DNA of 64,000 nucleotides from Candidatus Doudnabacteria bacterium (GCA_041644975.1 JBAZQX010000002.1:84603-148602); one strand, 5' to 3'. Positions 45,337 to 55,318 are shown, counted from the first letter of the stretch. The notes: generated from the sequence alone by a model not told the origin. Translations and numbers: made by a program.

Positions 45337-47376
45337 ATGGAGAACAATCAAAATTTAGAGACCTTACTTCCGGAAAATCAAAAGCCATCTCCGAAGAAGA
45401 AAAAGCGAGCTGGCAAAGTAGTAGCTATCATCATTGCCGTTTTTCTTTTAGGAATAATGGTTATCTTGGGTATTCAGAGATTGACTTTCAAACCAATTTC
45501 GATTCTTGTCCCTTCTCTTCCCTCCGTCACTCAGAAGACCGAGGAGGTGAAAAAATTTGAGGGGGCGCAGGATTTCAAAGCTTATCTAGAAAAGGGGGCT
45601 ATGCTTTCCGATAGCAGCTACTATCCTTCTGGCGCGGGTTTAGGGGGCAATCTTTTAAGGGAGGGAATGCCGACTTCAGAAGCAGCCGCGCCTACTGATC
45701 TTGCCAAAGAGACTCCTTCCTCCGGCAGAGTTTCCGAAACCAATGTTCAGGTGACGGGAATTGATGAGCCGGATATTGTCAAAACCGACGGCAAGGAGAT
45801 TTATTATTCTGGAACGAACCGCTATTACCCTCTATATAGTGAAGGATCAGAGAGCGTTCCTCCCTACAGCGAGGCAAAAACACGGATTTTGAGGGCTTTT
45901 CCGCCTGAAGATTTAGCCAAGAAATCCGAAATTGACAAGACAGGCAATTTACTTTTGGATAAAGATATTTTGATTGTATTTTCAGAGCCGAATATCATAG
46001 GCTACAATGTCGCCGACCCGGAGAAGCCGGAAAAGAAATGGGAGCTTGCACTGGAAAACAGCACTACTTTGGTCGCGGCGCGTTTATATCAAGACAAAAT
46101 CTATTTAGTAACCCGCAATCAAATTAACGGAAATGAGCCTTGTCCGATTAAACCCTTGAGCGTGAATGGGGTCGCTTTAGAGTTTGCTTGCGGAGATATT
46201 TATCATCCTTCTGAAATTATTCCCGTGGATGTGACTTTTATGGCGATGACTATTGATCCCGACTCGGGCAAGGTGGAGGATAAGATTTCCTTTGTGGGTT
46301 CTTCAGGCTCTTCAGTGGTTTATATGTCTTCCGGCGCGCTCTATGTGACCTATACTTATTACTCGAGCGTGGCGGGATTTTTATTTGACTTTTATAAAAA
46401 TAAAGCCTCGGATTTAATTTCCGAAGACGCTTTAAAGAAGTTGGAGAAAATTAAGGATTATGACTTGAGCGAGCGGGCGCGCCTCACGGAAATTGAGGTT
46501 ATTCTAGCTAATTATGCGGCGTCGCTCGCGCCTGATGAGAGCTTAAGAATAGAGAATGAGACCACAAACCGTATGGCGGCTTATCAAAAAGAACATCAAA
46601 GGGAATTGGAAAAAACAGGGATTGTAAAGATGGGACTAGATAAAAGTTTAGAAGTGCAGGCGGCGGGGGCAGTGGCGGGTCGTCCCTTAAATCAATTTGC
46701 CTTGGATGAATATGAAGGTAATTTGCGCATTGCTACGACGGTGGGCGGGCGAAGCGGATTTATGGGACAAGCAGAGAGCGCCAATGATGTTTATATTCTA
46801 GATAAAAAATTAGAGCCGAAAGGACAAGTCCAGGATTTGGGGATTAGCGAGCGGATTTACGCGGTGCGGTTTATTGAAGACAAGGGTTATGTGGTGACCT
46901 TTAAAGAGACCGACCCTTTTTATGTTTTAGACCTAAGTAATCCTGAAAAGCCAGTGATGGCTGGAGAGCTTAAAATCCCGGGTTATTCCGGCTACTTGCA
47001 TCCCATTACCAAGGATAAAATTTTAGGCATTGGCGAAGAGAATGGCAAAGTTAAAATTTCTTTTTTTGATGTTTCTACTGCCGCGAATCCCAAAGAACTG
47101 GATAAGTACCTTTTGGATGAATATCACTCCGCCATTTTAGAAACGCATCACGCCTTTCTTATGGATAAAAAGCACAATATTTTTTTCTTGCCCGGGGAAA
47201 AGGGGGGGTATATTTTTTCTTACAGGGATGAAAAGTTGAAACTGGTGAAAGCGGTTTCGGAATTTAATGTGGAACGCGCGATCTATCTTGATGATTATTT
47301 ATATATTATTAGCGGTAGTAAGATTACCGTGCTCAATGAGACGAATTGGGAAACAGTCAAAGAATTGTCATTCTAG
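45337..47376 (+). CDS. secreted beta-propeller domain protein (Beta_propel-like), membrane-anchored
   Basis: 679 aa with an N-terminal TM. Repeated beta-strand blades in the C-terminal half (YVVTFKETDPFYVLDLSNPEKPVMAGELKIPGYSGYLHP...), resembling archaeal/bacterial beta-propeller surface proteins. Confidence 0.7.
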   Translation: MENNQNLETLLPENQKPSPKKKKRAGKVVAIIIAVFLLGIMVILGIQRLTFKPISILVPSLPSVTQKTEEVKKFEGAQDFKAYLEKGAMLSDSSYYPSGAGLGGNLLREGMPTSEAAAPTDLAKETPSSGRVSETNVQVTGIDEPDIVKTDGKEIYYSGTNRYYPLYSEGSESVPPYSEAKTRILRAFPPEDLAKKSEIDKTGNLLLDKDILIVFSEPNIIGYNVADPEKPEKKWELALENSTTLVAARLYQDKIYLVTRNQINGNEPCPIKPLSVNGVALEFACGDIYHPSEIIPVDVTFMAMTIDPDSGKVEDKISFVGSSGSSVVYMSSGALYVTYTYYSSVAGFLFDFYKNKASDLISEDALKKLEKIKDYDLSERARLTEIEVILANYAASLAPDESLRIENETTNRMAAYQKEHQRELEKTGIVKMGLDKSLEVQAAGAVAGRPLNQFALDEYEGNLRIATTVGGRSGFMGQAESANDVYILDKKLEPKGQVQDLGISERIYAVRFIEDKGYVVTFKETDPFYVLDLSNPEKPVMAGELKIPGYSGYLHPITKDKILGIGEENGKVKISFFDVSTAANPKELDKYLLDEYHSAILETHHAFLMDKKHNIFFLPGEKGGYIFSYRDEKLKLVKAVSEFNVERAIYLDDYLYIISGSKITVLNETNWETVKELSF

Positions 47377-47415
47377 CTGTGGTTTATATCTAACCAATCT
47401 TCTTGAAGAAATTTT

Positions 47416-47748
47416 ATGCTTGAATCTCATTCGCGATCGGCAGAGTTTGAGAACTCTTCCTATAAGGAGGAGGCAGAGGTGCCGAAGAAGAAACCCTACA
47501 AATTAGTGGGCAATCTTAGCGGACAGAATTTAGAAATTTATACCCACGCTCACGATTTAGGCGAGGCGATCCATAACGCTGGATACCAATTGGAAGAAAA
47601 ATATCGTGAACCGGAATATAGTCGCATTCCATATTTAAAAAAAAGATTTATGGAAAAGGTCATAGTATATTGTCAGGAAGATGCGGATTCCGATTGGATT
47701 AAGATTGACTCCGGGGAAGTGAATAAGATACTAACTTGGAGGAAATAA
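47416..47748 (+). CDS. hypothetical protein (likely shorter; GTG start near 47479 after AGGAGG)
   Basis: 110-aa ORF. SD AAGGAGGAGG at about 47465. No motif. Confidence 0.35.
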   Translation: MLESHSRSAEFENSSYKEEAEVPKKKPYKLVGNLSGQNLEIYTHAHDLGEAIHNAGYQLEEKYREPEYSRIPYLKKRFMEKVIVYCQEDADSDWIKIDSGEVNKILTWRK

Positions 47749-47760
47749 GAGAAATAAATG

Positions 47761-47850
47761 TGAATTACGAAACACGTTGTCGTTGTGAGGGATTTGACCA
47801 TAAGCCCTCCTCGCAATGACGGAAAGGAAGTCATAGGAAGTAATTAATTT
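47761..47850 (+). mobile_element. MITE-like family E, partial copy
   Basis: tgaattacgaaacacgttgtcgttgtgaggg ... ccctcctcgcaatgacgg. Retains one TIR (attacgaaa...) and part of the core. Confidence 0.4.
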
Positions 47851-47920
47851 TCCTTTAAGTCATCTAGTTATAATCATTAAAATTGCCCGACATTCTTTTT
47901 AAAATGCGGGCTAAAAAATT

Positions 47921-48559
47921 ATGGCACAAGTTCAAGCACCTCCCACTCCTTCATCAGGGGGAAGCAAAAAAACAATTATTTTGATTGTGGTGATTGTTAT
48001 CGTTGTGTGCGTGGTCGGCGCGGGGGTCGGCGGTTATTTGATTTTCAGAAAAATTAAGACAGCGGCGAAGAACAAAATTGAACAGACACTTACCAACCCC
48101 GCCGAGAATGGAGATTTGTTGAATAAGCTTTCTGAAGAGGCAGATAACAGCGATGAGGCGGCGGAAGATTTTAAAAGGGTGGAAGACGTGGAAATGGCCG
48201 ACAGCTATTTGAAGGCATTGGATTTAAGCTTTCGTCCCGTACTCACGAGCGTTTTCGGCGAAGTAAAAATTACCAACTACCAGACTGATTATTTAGGTTT
48301 GGACATGGGTCAACAATTTTTGGAATACACAGTGAGCCGCAATATCGTGGCGCGTGATCTAAATGCTATTTTGAGCAGTTTAAAACAAGCCGGTTACACG
48401 GTAGGAAGCAGCAACCAAGATAAAGATGGGGCGAGTATAGTGGCGGAGAAAAGTGAAGTGTCTTTAGAGATTACTTACTGGCATGATGATTCCACAATTG
48501 GCGTGGTCATAACACCCGTTGTCAAAGATGAAACTGGCGGGGATGGAACAGTAGAGTAA
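47921..48559 (+). CDS. hypothetical N-terminally anchored protein
   Basis: 212 aa. Pro-rich start, TM (TIILIVVIVIVVCVVGAGVGGYLIF), acidic soluble domain. Confidence 0.5.
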   Translation: MAQVQAPPTPSSGGSKKTIILIVVIVIVVCVVGAGVGGYLIFRKIKTAAKNKIEQTLTNPAENGDLLNKLSEEADNSDEAAEDFKRVEDVEMADSYLKALDLSFRPVLTSVFGEVKITNYQTDYLGLDMGQQFLEYTVSRNIVARDLNAILSSLKQAGYTVGSSNQDKDGASIVAEKSEVSLEITYWHDDSTIGVVITPVVKDETGGDGTVE

Positions 48560-48560
48560 T

Positions 48561-48597
48561 TTTACCCCGTTAGAAATAAATTTCTAACGGGATTTAC
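48561..48597 (+). repeat. repeat family D, core copy
   Basis: tttaccccgttagaaataaatttctaacgggatttac. Perfect palindrome ccgttagaaataaatttctaacgg. Starts 2 nt after the stop of the 47921 gene. Confidence 0.75.
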
Positions 48598-48647
48598 ACT
48601 ATTGGCGGCTTGCAGTAAAATAAAGCTAGAAACTAAATTTAAAATTT

Positions 48648-48992
48648 ATGACCAAAAAGAAAAAAGATTCCAGTCATCAAGATCTGGCGAAGACAGACAA
48701 TTCCTTGGAAGATTTTATTGTTAATTTATTAAAAGACAAGGGTTTAGCCGACGAAGATAAGATGGTTTTTGAGCAATTAAAAAGCGATTTGATGGGTGAT
48801 TTGGAAGACAGAATTAATGCCGCAATTTTGGCGGCGATGCCCGAAGATAAGCTTGCCAGTTTTGAGAAGATATTAGACACAGGCAGTGCGGCTGAAATCC
48901 AGAAATTTTGTATGGAAAATGTGCCTGACTTATCTGAAATTACGGCTTTGGAAATGCTCAATTTTCGCAAGACCTATTTGACCACTATTTAA
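48648..48992 (+). CDS. hypothetical small acidic protein
   Basis: 114-aa ORF, same strand. Part of the small-gene run preceding the giant gene. Confidence 0.45.
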   Translation: MTKKKKDSSHQDLAKTDNSLEDFIVNLLKDKGLADEDKMVFEQLKSDLMGDLEDRINAAILAAMPEDKLASFEKILDTGSAAEIQKFCMENVPDLSEITALEMLNFRKTYLTTI

Positions 48993-49119
48993 AAGGAAAG
49001 ATAAAGATATGAAGGGGAGCGAGAATATTAGCTCTTTGCCTGGCATAAAAGCATAAATTTTTTTAGTGTTGTTTTAAACTTGAATAAAAAATAAATATTT
49101 TTAAAATTAAATTAAAAAG

Positions 49120-49857
49120 ATGGAACGTGAAACAAAACAATCTTGGAAGGAGTTAGGCCATGAAAAGAGGGAGAAGGTCAAAATGGAAAGAGAACAAAAG
49201 AAAGCTGAAAGCAAGGAATCCTGGGCGCTCAAAATGGAAAAAATGAAAATAGCCTGGGGCAAGGCTAAGAATTTTGGTAAGAATATTTTGCGCCGTGTCG
49301 TTGGCGCGAAAGAATCCGCGTTGGATATGGCTTATGCCAGTCCAGATATGGCGAAAGCAGGCCTAGAAACCACTAGCAGAGTGGTTGCCGGAGCCGCAAT
49401 AGGCGGCGTGGAGTTAGGGAGAAAAGGGATAGAGAAGTCCAAAGAGGGGGTAATCTTTTTGAAAGATAAAGCCATAGATTCGGCGGGCGCTGTGCAAGAG
49501 GGAGCGGTTAGTTTGAAGAGTCGTTTGATTAGCGGTAAAGATGATCTAAATGACTGGGTGGATGAAAAATATGGGGGTCTAAAAGGAATGGTTGGGGAGG
49601 GTTATGACAAAGTGATGGATGGGAAAGATAGAGCAGCGGGAAAATTATCTGAAGGTATGGAGTCGGCGCGCAATTTTTGGGAGAGTTGGAAGCAAGAAAA
49701 AGAGCAAAAACATTTGAGTGAACGTCTAAAATGGGTGGATGGACAATTAAAAAACATAGATAAAGAAAAGGAATCATTCACGAAAGAGAGGGAAGAAATA
49801 CTAGCAATAATGGAACTTAGTTCTTCTTTGGAAGGGTTACAGCAAGAAGCAACTTAA
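49120..49857 (+). CDS. hypothetical charged coiled-coil protein
   Basis: 245 aa, K/E-rich with Gly/Ala-rich central segments. No motif. Confidence 0.5.
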   Translation: MERETKQSWKELGHEKREKVKMEREQKKAESKESWALKMEKMKIAWGKAKNFGKNILRRVVGAKESALDMAYASPDMAKAGLETTSRVVAGAAIGGVELGRKGIEKSKEGVIFLKDKAIDSAGAVQEGAVSLKSRLISGKDDLNDWVDEKYGGLKGMVGEGYDKVMDGKDRAAGKLSEGMESARNFWESWKQEKEQKHLSERLKWVDGQLKNIDKEKESFTKEREEILAIMELSSSLEGLQQEAT

Positions 49858-49883
49858 AATAAATAAAAAGAATTGAAAAAAAT

Positions 49884-50189
49884 ATGAACAAGGATAGCCT
49901 AATTAAATTGATTCAGGAATCAAAAGTGAGCGAAGATTTAAAGAGCGAACTTTTGGGTTTGATTGGTGATGATGAACCTAGTCCGGAAATGATTCAAAAG
50001 ATACAAGTGCGCTTGGAGCAAGCGGCAGAGGAGAAAGTAGAAGAGGTTGCAAATAAAGTTGCCGAGAACGCAGCCGATACTTTTACTCAAGATGTTGATC
50101 AATTAGAGCAGGAAGAGAATAAAATAGCGCAGGAGATTAGCGAGAAGGCGGACGCAATAGATTTGGAAGAAACAAGGAAACAAATATAA
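49884..50189 (+). CDS. hypothetical small acidic coiled-coil protein
   Basis: 101 aa, 26-nt gap after the previous gene. E/Q/K-rich. Confidence 0.45.
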   Translation: MNKDSLIKLIQESKVSEDLKSELLGLIGDDEPSPEMIQKIQVRLEQAAEEKVEEVANKVAENAADTFTQDVDQLEQEENKIAQEISEKADAIDLEETRKQI

Positions 50190-50230
50190 AGAGCCGAATT
50201 TTAGCGGTTATTTTTTGACGCGGTTCAAAG

Positions 50231-50312
50231 TAAATTTACCCCGTTAGCCCCGTTAGAAATAAATTTCTAACGGGTTTAGAGAACGAAGTTCTCTAACGGG
50301 GTAAATTAGAGA
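50231..50312 (+). repeat. repeat family D, extended copy with two inner hairpins inside an outer inverted repeat
   Basis: gtaaatttaccccgttag-ccccgttagaaataaatttctaacggg-tttagagaacgaagttctcta-acggggtaaattagag. The outer arms aatttaccccgttag / ctaacggggtaaatt are complementary. Confidence 0.8.
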
Positions 50313-50452
50313 ATCTAGAAGTTGTTTGGATTTTGATTAATTTTTGCGTTTGAACAAGATATTTTTCATTTTAGATTTTCAGGAATATTTTTTATTCTGC
50401 GCGTTTTATATAAGGTGAAATTTTAAGATTATATTTTTAAAATATAACTAAA

Positions 50453-50496
50453 CCCCCACACCACGGATTTACATCCGTGGCATTCTGGTGTGGGGG
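50453..50496 (+). promoter_or_regulatory. strong 5'-leader stem-loop 20 nt upstream of the giant gene's start codon
   Basis: cccccacacc-a-cggat-ttac-atccg-tggcattct-ggtgtggggg. 10-bp outer stem plus 5-bp inner stem. Not followed by a T-run on the + strand. Confidence 0.5.
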
Positions 50497-50515
50497 TAAA
50501 TATAAAAATAAATGT

Positions 50516-53500
50516 ATGAGCGAAGAAAATAATCCGGGTAAGGATTTAGGCATAGAGCATAAATTTCCGAGTCCTGATGAGCAGAATCGTGACATTCAAA
50601 ATAGTCCGTTGCCCTTGCCTGACGGCAGACAGGCAAGGGGGGAACTTGATGCAGAAGCAGAACAGCAAGGGGAACCAGCTCGCCCTTCCGTTGAAAGAAA
50701 AGAAAAAACACCAGAAAGCAGAGAGGAAATTTTGGCAAGTTTAGATTTTACTTTGGCTTGGCTCGCAGAGTCAATTAAAAAAGCGCAAACCGAGGAAGAA
50801 AAAAATAGATTGCAGTGGATTTTAGATTCCGCGCAAAACAGCTTAAAAGAATCAAGGGAAGCTTACGACGGCAAATACGAGGTTAAATCAGGGGAAAATG
50901 TTCAGCGCGAAGGCGCCTCGGTTGATGATTTATTAGAATGGTTAGGGGTGGAAATCAGCGCTTTAACGCAGGAAGGCAAGGCGGAAGTAGTGGAGAAATT
51001 AGAAAGGGCGCGTCAGATTTTAGAGCAAAATAAACAAAGTTATTGGAGGGCGCATTTTGACAAGGAATTAAGCGAAATTAATTGGGACGAGGCAACGAAA
51101 CAAAAACAGGATTGGCGGACGGAATATGAAGCGGGATTGATTTCGCGGGATTGGCGGGCGACCGGTAATCAAGATTCTGATTACAAAAAAGCAGAAGACG
51201 CGATGGCGAAAAGGCAGGAATTAATTTTACCGGTATTGAGCGGGCAGGAGGAGGAAACAGAAATTAAGCCGCAGAAGCAAGCGCAAGAAGAAGAAACAAT
51301 AAAAGTTCAAGAAAGACCGGAAGAAACTCCCACAGAGTCTCGCGAGGAAGGACCTAAAAAGGAAAAAGTGGTTTTTGCCAATGTCAGCGCGATGATTGAA
51401 GCGGCAGCTTGGGACGCGGCGAACGCGAAGATGACCGAAGGGAAAGAAAAATTAGGCGGGGCTAAGGGGTTTTTCAATAAAATTAAAAATATCGGCAAAA
51501 GGCTTTGGAAATACAATTGGGCTTATGAGACCTATAGGCGCAACGAGTATGAAAAAGCCAAAAAGAGGATTTACCGCGATTACAAAGAGGGGAGAATTGA
51601 TATTGATAAATTAAATATACTTGCCGCGGAAGACGAAACCAGCCGTCAGGAAAAACATCATGAAGCAATGGGCGCGATGTTTGACCGCTTTGCCTCGGAA
51701 TATGATGAAGCGGTGGAAGGAGAGGCTGGCGAAGAAAAGAAGAAAATCGAAGATGAAAGCATTAAGAGAGAAATAAGGGAGTTGATTCGGGATTATGCGG
51801 AAGGCAGTATTAGTGAAGGTGATTTAGCGAGAAAACATAATGAAATTTTGGGTAAAGTAGCTGGTCCGGACGTGGATGTCAAGCTTGAGGTTGACAATCT
51901 TTTGGAAATTGCGGAAAGGATTAAAAGGTTAGATGGTCATAATAGAGCGAGGGAGGCATTGGAATTGGATCTGGAAATTATCCGTGGTCGGGCGCGCGGC
52001 GGAATAAAGACAGAAGCGGGATTAGGGCGGCTGGATAGAATCATTGATAAAATGAAAAAGATGAGAGGTTTGTCTTGGATTAACGAAACAACATTAGCTG
52101 TCGGCGCGACTGCGGTTTATTGCATAGGGCGAGCTATTTCTAAAAGATTTGCTTACAGTAAAGCGGCGAACATCGCGCTCTTCGGCGGCACAGCCGCTTT
52201 GTCAGGAGCTTATGCCGGAATTTTAGAAAACAAAAGGGTGAAGGAAGAAAGGGCGCAGCACGCACGCGAGCGAGCGAAAGGCAAGACCTTTGCGCCCGAG
52301 GCGCGGCGCAGGCAGGAAATGGAAAAATTCCGTTACGAAACAGCCGAGGCTAAAACTATTCTTCAGGAATTGCAGAATAATTATGATGTCTATGAAATTA
52401 AAGGCAAGAGAAAATTGAAAGATCTAAGTGGGGAGGAATTAGGGCAAGCCCTAGGCAATTTAGCCGATTTGGAAGCAAGATTATCATTATCCAACGCGCA
52501 TAAAATAGATTTAATTCAATATTCGGCTCCAGCAGAAGTAGAGACAGAAAGAACAAAACTTTTACTGTTGCGCAGCCGCATTAAAGCTGATTTGGAGGGT
52601 AAATATCCAGCCGGGTTTAAAATCAAGGGCAAGAATCAAAATTTAGATGATTTAGTAAATATAAGTAAGGCAGAGTTAACACAAGGCAAAGACGAGGCAG
52701 AGGGGATTTCAAAAAAAGATGATGAATTTGACAAGATGAAAGCGAAGAGAGTGGCAAAAAGAGTAGCGCAGGCGGCGGTAACGGGTTTGATTTTAGGCGC
52801 GACTTTTCAGGAAATTCAGGCGGCAATGGATGACAACACACAGAGTTTATTAGAAGGTATTTTAGATAAAAACACGGACGCGGGACACCAAACTGCCTTA
52901 GAAGGTTTGCGCGATTGGATTACGCCTCAAAAAGGCGAGGGCGCGGCTCAAGAATTAAGTAAGATTATGATCGCGGGACACGAAGTGCAAGTGGGTTTGC
53001 CCAAAGGCGCGGAATTGAAAGATCCGAACGGAGACGGCGTATATTCACTTTTTTATCATAATAAAGAGCTTTGCGATAAAGTTTCCTTTGACGAGAAAGG
53101 CAATTTAACGAACGAGGCGCGGGCGGCTTTGGCGAGCCGCGGGGTGCATATTACGGAAACTTTGCCCGAGGGCGGAGCAAAAGAAGCTTTAGCAGGAGTT
53201 TCCACGCCAGAAGGGAGAATGACTTTTGTAGAAAAGTATTCGGAATTATTTAAAAAGATTACCCATGAGATGTGGTATGACAATAATACGCCGAAGCCTA
53301 TTTTTGACCATAATGAACTGCGTTTGGATTGGGGCGGCGAGAATGGTTTGGGTATAAATGAGAATGGCGATTATGTGTATAGTATCCAAAGAATGACCGC
53401 GGACGGTTCTTGGCATAAGGAATTTTCCGTGGATGCGCATGAGGCGGCAGGAAGGGGAGGATTGAGCCTTTTACTTTCAGCAAGCCATGACACGGAACAA

Positions 53501-55318
53501 TACGTGATTCCAATTAAAATTGATCAAGATTTTAACGCTATTATCCCCAAAGATAGCGAAGCCGCCCGTATGCTTTTTACGCAGGACGCGAAAGGTCAAG
53601 CGGATTATTTAGGGGATCACGCCGAAGTATCCCAGATGATGGGGAAGACGAATACTGAAGGAGCGGAATGGATTAGAGTTTTAGCGACAGACAGCGGAAA
53701 GAACGCGCCGGTCATCCCCGAGCCCGTGGAGCCTGTTCCGATTCCGATTTTTGAAATTCCGCCGCAGACTGATTTGCCGCCGGTGATACCAATATTGGGG
53801 AGAAAGCCGATGGAGAAAATGGCGCGACAAGAGAAACCGATTATACCTCTTTATCCTTATCCTTATTATGGTTCAGGGTCGGCGGAAAATATATTAAGAG
53901 AATTTGAAAGTCGCGGCATCAAGACCGATCCCTATATAGTTGAAATGCAGGATAGGAAACGAGTCTTGAAAAAAGAAAATGGAGAGAAGATTGAAAGAAT
54001 TATTGAACGTGAAAATAAGCACATTCAAGATTATTTAGAAAGTTTAAGTCCCGAGCATAGAAAAGAGTTAGAAGAATTAGATAGTGGGTTACCTCCTATG
54101 GAGAAAGAATGTCGCATAGCAATAATTATTCCGGCTCGGTTTGAAGGTAAAAATCTATCTAATCTTTTAGACCAATATACGAAACAGGTAGATGCCGATG
54201 GCAATGAACTTAATCCCAATCTTTTTGAGGTCAATGTTATTATTAATAAAAAGAATTCAGAACAGTGGGATGAATCAATGGATATAGTTCAAGATTGGAA
54301 AAGAAAAAATCCAAATATTAAGGTTAATGTGATTCAAAAATCGTTTGACGATGATAAAGGTTGCGTGGGAATTGCAAGAAAGTATATTACAGATTTGTCC
54401 CTTTTGCGTTCACTAAAAAGAAAAGAGCAAGATGGGTCCCTATATATTGAATCGGAAGATGCAGATTTGTTCAGTATAGATAAGAGGACAGTATCAAAAT
54501 TAATTCGTGATTTTGATCATAGTCCAGAAATTGATGTGTTGAGAGGAGTGCAGGACAGGCAACCGGAGATTTTGATGGAGAATGATTTATTATTTTTCCA
54601 GAGGCGATTGTCGGATTTTATGGAAGCTTTTTTAAGAGATAGAAAATATAGACCAGAGAGTAATCCGGAGTCAGATTTTGTTTGGCATAGGGTAGTAAGC
54701 GGGGGTTGGAACACGGCTTATACGGCCGAGGCTTACAGTCAAATCGGCGGTTATAATGAAAAAATGGTTATTGGGGAGGATATGGATATTGGGCAAAAAA
54801 TATCGGTTTTAAGAGGGAAGAAAGACGCTGGAAGCGGCGATTTTATTCCAAATACTTGGACAGCTAGGGCTTCTGGTTTGCGCGCTAATTCCAGCCCGCG
54901 TAGATTTATAGACGCCTTAAAGAGAAAGATTTCTCCGTATGAAGATTTTGAAAACCAATCTTTGAAAGGCAAGACATTAGATGAGTTGATGGAGAGCATC
55001 AAGAATTATGAAAAAGCAAGTGACAGCCAGACTAAGGATTATCAGGATACTATTAATTTCGCGGCGGATTTTGTTAAAGCGACATTCAAGAACAATAAAC
55101 AGGGTTGGCAAAGGGTGATGAAGCGCGCTTTAAGCGCGATGGGCTTGAGAGATCAAAAAGATTATGTATTTAGAGAGACTAATATTGAGCTTGATTCGGA
55201 AGGAATGAAGACAATTATTAAAAAATTGGATGATTATAAACAGGAGAGGCGTTGGAAGCTTGGATATCGTCGCCAGACAAGGGAAGCTGAATCTAATACT
55301 GGAAGAGTGCCATTTTGA
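50516..55318 (+). CDS. giant membrane protein with charged coiled-coil N-terminal region, 2-3 TM segments and C-terminal GT-A (family-2-like, DxD) glycosyltransferase domain
   Basis: ~1600 aa. Start set at ATG 50516 (MSEENNPG), after an A-rich leader. The ORF-track GTG at 50477 lies inside a strong hairpin. TM segments LAVGATAVYCIGRAI / IALFGGTAALSGAYAGIL / AAVTGLILGATF. C-terminal domain: CRIAIIIPARFEG (GT2 strand 1), ESEDADLF (DxD), GGWNTAYTAEAYSQIGGYNEKMVIGEDMDIGQKI (GT2 GGxxE...GEDxD motif). A terminator follows at 55344. Confidence 0.85.
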   Translation: MSEENNPGKDLGIEHKFPSPDEQNRDIQNSPLPLPDGRQARGELDAEAEQQGEPARPSVERKEKTPESREEILASLDFTLAWLAESIKKAQTEEEKNRLQWILDSAQNSLKESREAYDGKYEVKSGENVQREGASVDDLLEWLGVEISALTQEGKAEVVEKLERARQILEQNKQSYWRAHFDKELSEINWDEATKQKQDWRTEYEAGLISRDWRATGNQDSDYKKAEDAMAKRQELILPVLSGQEEETEIKPQKQAQEEETIKVQERPEETPTESREEGPKKEKVVFANVSAMIEAAAWDAANAKMTEGKEKLGGAKGFFNKIKNIGKRLWKYNWAYETYRRNEYEKAKKRIYRDYKEGRIDIDKLNILAAEDETSRQEKHHEAMGAMFDRFASEYDEAVEGEAGEEKKKIEDESIKREIRELIRDYAEGSISEGDLARKHNEILGKVAGPDVDVKLEVDNLLEIAERIKRLDGHNRAREALELDLEIIRGRARGGIKTEAGLGRLDRIIDKMKKMRGLSWINETTLAVGATAVYCIGRAISKRFAYSKAANIALFGGTAALSGAYAGILENKRVKEERAQHARERAKGKTFAPEARRRQEMEKFRYETAEAKTILQELQNNYDVYEIKGKRKLKDLSGEELGQALGNLADLEARLSLSNAHKIDLIQYSAPAEVETERTKLLLLRSRIKADLEGKYPAGFKIKGKNQNLDDLVNISKAELTQGKDEAEGISKKDDEFDKMKAKRVAKRVAQAAVTGLILGATFQEIQAAMDDNTQSLLEGILDKNTDAGHQTALEGLRDWITPQKGEGAAQELSKIMIAGHEVQVGLPKGAELKDPNGDGVYSLFYHNKELCDKVSFDEKGNLTNEARAALASRGVHITETLPEGGAKEALAGVSTPEGRMTFVEKYSELFKKITHEMWYDNNTPKPIFDHNELRLDWGGENGLGINENGDYVYSIQRMTADGSWHKEFSVDAHEAAGRGGLSLLLSASHDTEQYVIPIKIDQDFNAIIPKDSEAARMLFTQDAKGQADYLGDHAEVSQMMGKTNTEGAEWIRVLATDSGKNAPVIPEPVEPVPIPIFEIPPQTDLPPVIPILGRKPMEKMARQEKPIIPLYPYPYYGSGSAENILREFESRGIKTDPYIVEMQDRKRVLKKENGEKIERIIERENKHIQDYLESLSPEHRKELEELDSGLPPMEKECRIAIIIPARFEGKNLSNLLDQYTKQVDADGNELNPNLFEVNVIINKKNSEQWDESMDIVQDWKRKNPNIKVNVIQKSFDDDKGCVGIARKYITDLSLLRSLKRKEQDGSLYIESEDADLFSIDKRTVSKLIRDFDHSPEIDVLRGVQDRQPEILMENDLLFFQRRLSDFMEAFLRDRKYRPESNPESDFVWHRVVSGGWNTAYTAEAYSQIGGYNEKMVIGEDMDIGQKISVLRGKKDAGSGDFIPNTWTARASGLRANSSPRRFIDALKRKISPYEDFENQSLKGKTLDELMESIKNYEKASDSQTKDYQDTINFAADFVKATFKNNKQGWQRVMKRALSAMGLRDQKDYVFRETNIELDSEGMKTIIKKLDDYKQERRWKLGYRRQTREAESNTGRVPF

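Noticed and set aside
47267-47506. 79-aa ORF bridging the end of the beta-propeller gene and the next gene.
   Set aside because: Overlaps a confidently called gene's C-terminus in another frame, and its composition is Arg/Cys-rich and low-complexity.
50477-50515. GTG start at 50477 for the giant ORF as listed in the ORF track (MAFWCGGKYKNKC...).
   Set aside because: This stretch is the 3' arm of a 10-bp-stem hairpin (cccccacacc...ggtgtggggg). The ATG at 50516 follows the A-rich leader typical of other genes here.
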